Below, in pieces: positions 54,830 to 64,000 of a stretch of 64,000 bases of DNA. The first letter of the stretch is position 1; the number at the start of each line of letters is the position of its first letter. A program made the translations under genes and the position numbers. The notes below the pieces were generated by a model. It had not been told where the DNA came from. It made no database searches and saw nothing but the letters and a program-made list of their open reading frames with translations. Source of the stretch: the human T2T-CHM13v2.0 reference genome, Homo sapiens; the NCBI RefSeq assembly GCF_009914755.1, contig NC_060937.1. One strand, written 5' to 3'.

Positions 54830-56540
54830 ACCAGGCAAAGAACTGCAGCTCCGCCGACCAGTTAGTTGGTGGAGGCGCAGAAACTTGTCCTCGGACCCCA
54901 CGCAGAAGCCGCCGCCCTCTCCAAGGCTCCGGCCCCGACTTCGCTCTGCGAATTGGGCCAGCCGCTGCTTTTCCGCGAGACCCGAGGGTTCGCCAAGGAG
55001 AGGAGAAGAGGCACAGGCTGCCTGAGACTGGTCTTCGGGCAGCCGAGGGCGCGGGATGACTCGGGCAGGCGTGTGGCCTCCGACTGACCAGGGTTGGGCC
55101 CGGGATCAGAGCTTTGCTTGGAAGTTCTCTGGGTGGCAGAGACTCGGGCAACCGGAGCCTGAGCCTCCCGCGGGGAAGAGCTCGGACTCCGGAGGTCGCG
55201 CCGCCTTGGGCTTGAATTCAGTCCTTCCTTACTACTCGTGGCTTTGCTTACATCATTTAACTCTCCATTTCCTTGTCTATACAGTGGGCTCATAAGGAGG
55301 CGGTAAGGAGATGATGATGTCTTTGAAGAGTTTAGGACAGGACCTGGTGTCTCCCGTACGCTTGGTGGGGGTGGCGGAGGTGATGCGTTGTTAACAGGAG
55401 AAACCGACCTTCCAGGGAGGCCCAGGGAGGCAGCGGAGAGCGAAGTCCTGCTCGGCGGAGAGACCTCGAGGAGAGTATGGGGAAAGGAATGAATGCTGCG
55501 GAGCGCCCCTCTGGGCTCCACCCAAGCCTCGGAGGCGGGACGGTGGGCTCCGTCCCGACCCCTTAGGCAGCTGGACCGATACCTCCTGGATCAGACCCCA
55601 CAGGAAGACTCGCGTGGGGCCCGATATGTGTACTTCAAACTCTGAGCGGCCACCCTCAGCCAACTGGCCAGTGGATGCGAATCGTGGGCCCTGAGGGGCG
55701 AGGGCGCTCGGAACTGCATGCCTGTGCACGGTGCCGGGCTCTCCAGAGTGAGGGGGCCGTAAGGAGATCTCCAAGGAAGCCGAAAAAAGCAGCCAGTTGG
55801 GCTTCGGGAAAGACTTTTCTGCAAAGGAAGTGATCTGGTCCCAGAACTCCAGGGTTGACCCCAGTACCTGACTTCTCCGGGAGCTGTCAGCTCTCCTCTG
55901 TTCTTCGGGCTTGGCGCGCTCCTTTCATAATGGACAGACACCAGTGGCCTTCAAAAGGTCTGGGGTGGGGGAACGGAGGAAGTGGCCTTGGGTGCAGAGG
56001 AAGAGCAGAGCTCCTGCCAAAGCTGAACGCAGTTAGCCCTACCCAAGTGCGCGCTGGCTCGGCATATGCGCTCCAGAGCCGGCAGGACAGCCCGGCCCTG
56101 CTCACCCCGAGGAGAAATCCAACAGCGCAGCCTCCTGCACCTCCTTGCCCCAGAGACCGTCCGAGCTGGAGCCACAAGCCCTCCATTCCTCTTGGAATCT
56201 TCAACCCCAAGGTAAGGTAAGTTCACCGAGCACCGCCCAGCGATGCGCAGGATCCGGGGGGGATCACGCGCGGCGACCCTACCGAGCGCTCCGTGCGCGC
56301 CCCCATCTCTCGGATCGTGTTCCTGGCTCTGTCGAAGCTGCTGAGTCCCGCGATTCGGGAAATCCGGCACTTGTTTCTCACCCTACACCATCACGTGGAA
56401 ATCATTGAAAATGGGAACCCTGGTGGAGTATCTGGGAGAGCACGCTTGTGCCGAGGGGCCTGAGCTATGGGACTTCCTCCAGGTCCCTCTGTTTCCTGCC
56501 GGCGTAGGGGACTCGTAGTGTCGGATCGCATAGTGCCAAA
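54830..56540. promoter_or_regulatory. Downstream orphan CpG island (a smaller one lies at ~53780-54450)
   Basis: High CpG density, repeat-free, 3' of PDX1. Confidence 0.75.
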
Positions 56541-57172
56541 AAATAGTGCATGGGAAACAAACAAAAACACCTCTCATTTTCTTCCGCAATATAGTTTTTC
56601 CTGTAGGTGGGCTAACATAGTACCTGAAGAAGTTCTCGCCTTGAAGAGCTAAATCCATACCATACAATATCTGAGAGTTGGTGATGATTTCGGGTCATGC
56701 ATATTGTTTTTAACAGGGATGATGTCCATAAATAACTTGCTCTTCGCTCCAGTACTGGGGCGTGAACGCATTCAGCAACATATGTTGGATTCCTGCTTTG
56801 CTGCGGCACGCAGGAAGCCTCACAGTGCTTGCCCTGGAAGCACTCACAGTTTTTACAAGACAAATCACATCTTCCCACTTGATGGTCAATACCGTCATGG
56901 AGATTGAATTGATTATCAGTGACTGAATTTACCAGAGTAAACAGAAGTCACTATGATTCCCCAAAATGAATGCTCCTTTTGAACAAGGGCATTTCATTTC
57001 TTAATTTTGGCCTCCTTAGTCTAGCACTGCCACCCTCTCCATATCCTCTCCTTCAACCAGTTCAGTTCAATGCATTTAAGTTTGACTGAAATTTAAGTAT
57101 TGTACTTTCCTTTTCAAATTGGTGAATCTACCTGTTCTATTTTCATCTCCCCACCACCCATTCTCTGTCTCA

Positions 57173-57173
<1 letters not shown>

Positions 57174-57208
<35 letters not shown>

Positions 57209-57231
57209 GTCTGCTCTCTCTCTCTCTCTCT
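57174..57231. repeat. (CT)n microsatellite
   Basis: Read directly. Confidence 0.93.
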
Positions 57232-57380
57232 GTAGGTGTGGTTTGTGTCTGAGGGTGAGTCTCCCCATCTTTGTGTTTCTGAGGATGCCTGTGTAACCTA
57301 TGTGCCTATGTGTGTTTGTGTGCATGGGTTTAGGGTGGTCTTATTGGGTTGCCATAGTGATAATGATCAGCTGTGTCTAG

Positions 57381-60930
<3,550 letters not shown>

Positions 60931-61370
60931 GTGCCACCTCACCTGGCTGAGTGGAGCCCTTTAGAAGGATGTGGTTTTTCCAGAAGCTGAGGTCTTTCTT
61001 GCCCTACTAAATCACAGACAGCTCTTTGCTCAATGGACCTCAGGGAAGGCAACAACTGCCACACCAATTGAATGTATGCCCTTTTCCCTGGAGCCCTGGA
61101 GTCCTCCCTCAGATGGGGACAGCTAGGTCTTGTCCTGGCTCTTCACAAGAGAATTTCTGGACTGCAAAGTCACATTGAAGTTGACCAGGTAGGAGCAAAA
61201 ATAAGCTACCACTGTATAAAGCAGAGAGGCAAAAGCCAGCTGTACTGACTGAAGTCACACGTCAAACAGCATTGATACCCACATGCAACTAGCTTTACTT
61301 GTAAGGCACAAGCATTTCAGCCAATTTAAGGATAGTCTGATGACCAAAGATAGAAAGTCTCTTGACAAAC

Positions 61371-63070
61371 TAGAATTTTTTTAAGGATCTCTAGGCCTCC
61401 GCTCAAAGAATAAGAGATTGTTCTAAGACCTTCTTAATAAGTCATTTCCCTAGATGTTACTATATTGATTAGTATTAATACATATTTATATATAGATGTA
61501 TTATGTATAATATATATTTATATAATACATATTATTATAAATAATATATATTGATGCATATTGACATGATTAATACATATTTATATATAAATGTATTATG
61601 TATAATATATATTTATATAATACATATTATTATACGTAATATATATTGATACTAATCAATATAGTAACATCTAGGGAAATGACTTATTAAGAAGGTCTTG
61701 GAACTGTCTCCTATTCTTTGAGGAGGGGCTAGAGATCCCTAAAAATTCCTACTATGTATTATACATAATACATATAATATGTAATATTCTATTGTGTATT
61801 ATATATATTATATATAATATATTATATATTATGTATTATATATAATATATTATTTATTATATATTATATGTATTATGTATTATATATGTATTATATATAA
61901 TGTATTATGTGTTATATATTATGTATTATATATATTATATGTGTAATATATATTTATGTATATATATTTATATATAAATGTATTATGTATAATATATATT
62001 TATATAATACATATTATTATACATAATATATAGATACATATTGATATGATTAATACATATTTATATATAAATGTATTATGTATAATATATTTATATAATA
62101 CATATTATTATACATAATATATATTGATACTAATCAATATAGTAACATCTAAGGAAATGACTTACTAAGAAGGTCTTGGAACAATCTCCTATTCTTTGAG
62201 GGGGGGTCTAGAGGTCCCTAAAAATTTCTACTATGTATTATACATAATACATATAATATATGATATTCTATTATGTATTATATATTATATATTATATTTT
62301 ATATTTTATATTTTATATTTTATTATAATATATATTATATATAATATATATAATATATTATATATTATATATTATATATATTATATATATTATATATAAT
62401 ATAATATATATTATATATTATATATATTATATATAATATATATAATATAATATATATTATATATTATATATATTATAATAATTATAATATAAAATATTAT
62501 ATATTATATATTATATATTATGTATTATATATAATACATAATATGTTATATATTTTGTATTATATATAATACATAATATGTTATATATTATGTATTATAT
62601 ATAATACATAATATGTTATATATTATGTATAATATATTATATATTATGTATTATATATAATACATAATATATTATGTATTATGTATAATATATTATATGT
62701 GTAATATATTTATGTATATATAATACATATATTATATATTATATATTATATGTATAATATATTATAAGTATAATATATATTATATGTATAATTTATGTAT
62801 AATATATATTATACATAAATATGTATAATATATATTATACATAAATATGTATAATATATATGTAATTATATATATTATATGTATATTATATTATATATAT
62901 GTATATTATATGTAATTATATATATTATATATGCATATAATATATGTGTAATTATATAATATTATGTAAATATATATTACACATAAATATATATTATATT
63001 ATACATATAATATATATTATACATAATTATGTATAATATATATTATATGTATAATATATATTATATATTT
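61371..63070. repeat. Complex AT-rich (TA/TAT) repeat with an embedded inverted, triplicated 103-bp segment
   Basis: ~1.6 kb of near-pure A/T; unique segment at 61371-61475 recurs inverted at 61649-61751 and 62127-62230. Confidence 0.93.
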
Positions 63071-63596
63071 TCAAAAAGTAGGTTGCAACTGATTAGTCAA
63101 TAAAGTCAAGTTAGCCAGGCTCGGTGGTTCACACCTGTAATCCCAGCACTTTGGGAGGCCGAGGCACTTAAGGTCAGGAGTTCGAGACCAGCCTGGCCAA
63201 CATGGTGAAACCCCGTCTCCACAAAAAATACGAAAAAAATTACCCGGGCGTAGTGGCGCGCCCCTGTAATCCCAGATACTCAGGAGGCAGAGACAGGAGA
63301 ATCGCTTGAAACCAGGAGGTGAAGGTTGCAGTGAGCCAAGATCACTCCAGCCTGGGCAACTCCATCTCAAAAAAAAAAAAAAAAGTCCATTTAGTGGGTT
63401 GTTACCAGATTTTTATTTTATATATATATATATTTATTGTATATAAAAAATATATATGTGGAACCCAAGAGGTTTTGACATTTTATTCTGCCATCCCTAA
63501 GTGTTGTGGACCTCCCTAGTCCCTTAGAGCACTCCAGCCAATACACTTACTTTCTCAGCAGCAGGGGAAAAGAGACAAATCAGAAGGATATGCATC

Positions 63597-64000
63597 TATG
63601 GTAGACAGAATAATGGTCCCTGAAAAGTTGAAAGGTGTCTACATTGCAATTCCTGAAACCTGTGTCTATGTTCCCTTACAGGGCAAAAGGGATTTTTAGA
63701 GATATAATTAGATTAGGTACTTAAAATAAACAGATTATTCTAGATTATCCTTGTGGGCCCAATCTAATCATACAAGTCCTTGAAAGCAAATAACTTTCTC
63801 TAGCTAGAATTCAAGAGCTACAGCAGAAAGAAAAGTTGAAGAGATTCCAAATATGAGGAGGCTTTACTGAGCCATTGCTGCCTCTGAGATGAGGGAGTCC
63901 ATTGACAAGGACCCAAGAGAGGCTGGTAAGGGCTAACGACCACCCCCAGGCGACAGACAGCAAGGAAACTGGGGGCAGCCACAAGGACGTGGCCTCTCCA
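63597..64000 (+). mobile_element. MLT1 (MaLR) LTR, cut by the window end; preceded by an AluS at ~63115-63385
   Basis: tatggtagacagaataatggtccc...ggcaaaagggatttt...gattattctagattatcc...gggcccaatctaatca. Confidence 0.8.

Noticed and set aside
54862-55521. 219-aa minus-strand ORF in the downstream CpG island
   Set aside because: Ser/Pro/Arg-rich composition typical of GC-rich non-coding DNA; no homology recognised.
61371-62230. CRISPR-like or prokaryotic repeat-spacer reading of the triplicated segment
   Set aside because: Human DNA; copies are ~100 bp, in mixed orientation, with repetitive spacers and no cas genes.

Overview
Human (primate) genomic DNA at the PDX1 locus, the middle gene of the ParaHox cluster (GSX1-PDX1-CDX2, chr13q12.2). 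Neither neighbouring gene is inside the window. The only protein-coding gene is PDX1 on the + strand: two coding exons (47268-47673, 51385-51830) that splice to the 283-aa homeodomain factor. It has a TATA-less E-box/CCAAT promoter, upstream enhancer Areas I-III (~44.3-45.5 kb) and Area IV (~38.5-39.0 kb), several CpG islands and a long 3'UTR. The divergent lncRNA PLUT/PLUTO most likely starts near 44.4 kb on the - strand, so 1-44 kb is mostly its repeat-dense intron (Alu, old L1, MER20B, MER74, MSTA/THE1, MLT2, MER41A, MER2). Features not explained by this annotation: (1) a spliced 206-aa alternative-frame ORF nested in the PDX1 CDS; (2) an intronic ATG in strong Kozak context, in frame with the homeodomain exon; (3) a ~650-bp genomic inverted duplication at 24.0-25.6 kb; (4) a fold-back, triplicated palindromic AT-rich structure at 61.4-62.2 kb; (5) candidate PLUT exons carrying ORFs. 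Repeat subfamily names and literature links come from recall, not database searches, and repeat boundaries are approximate.
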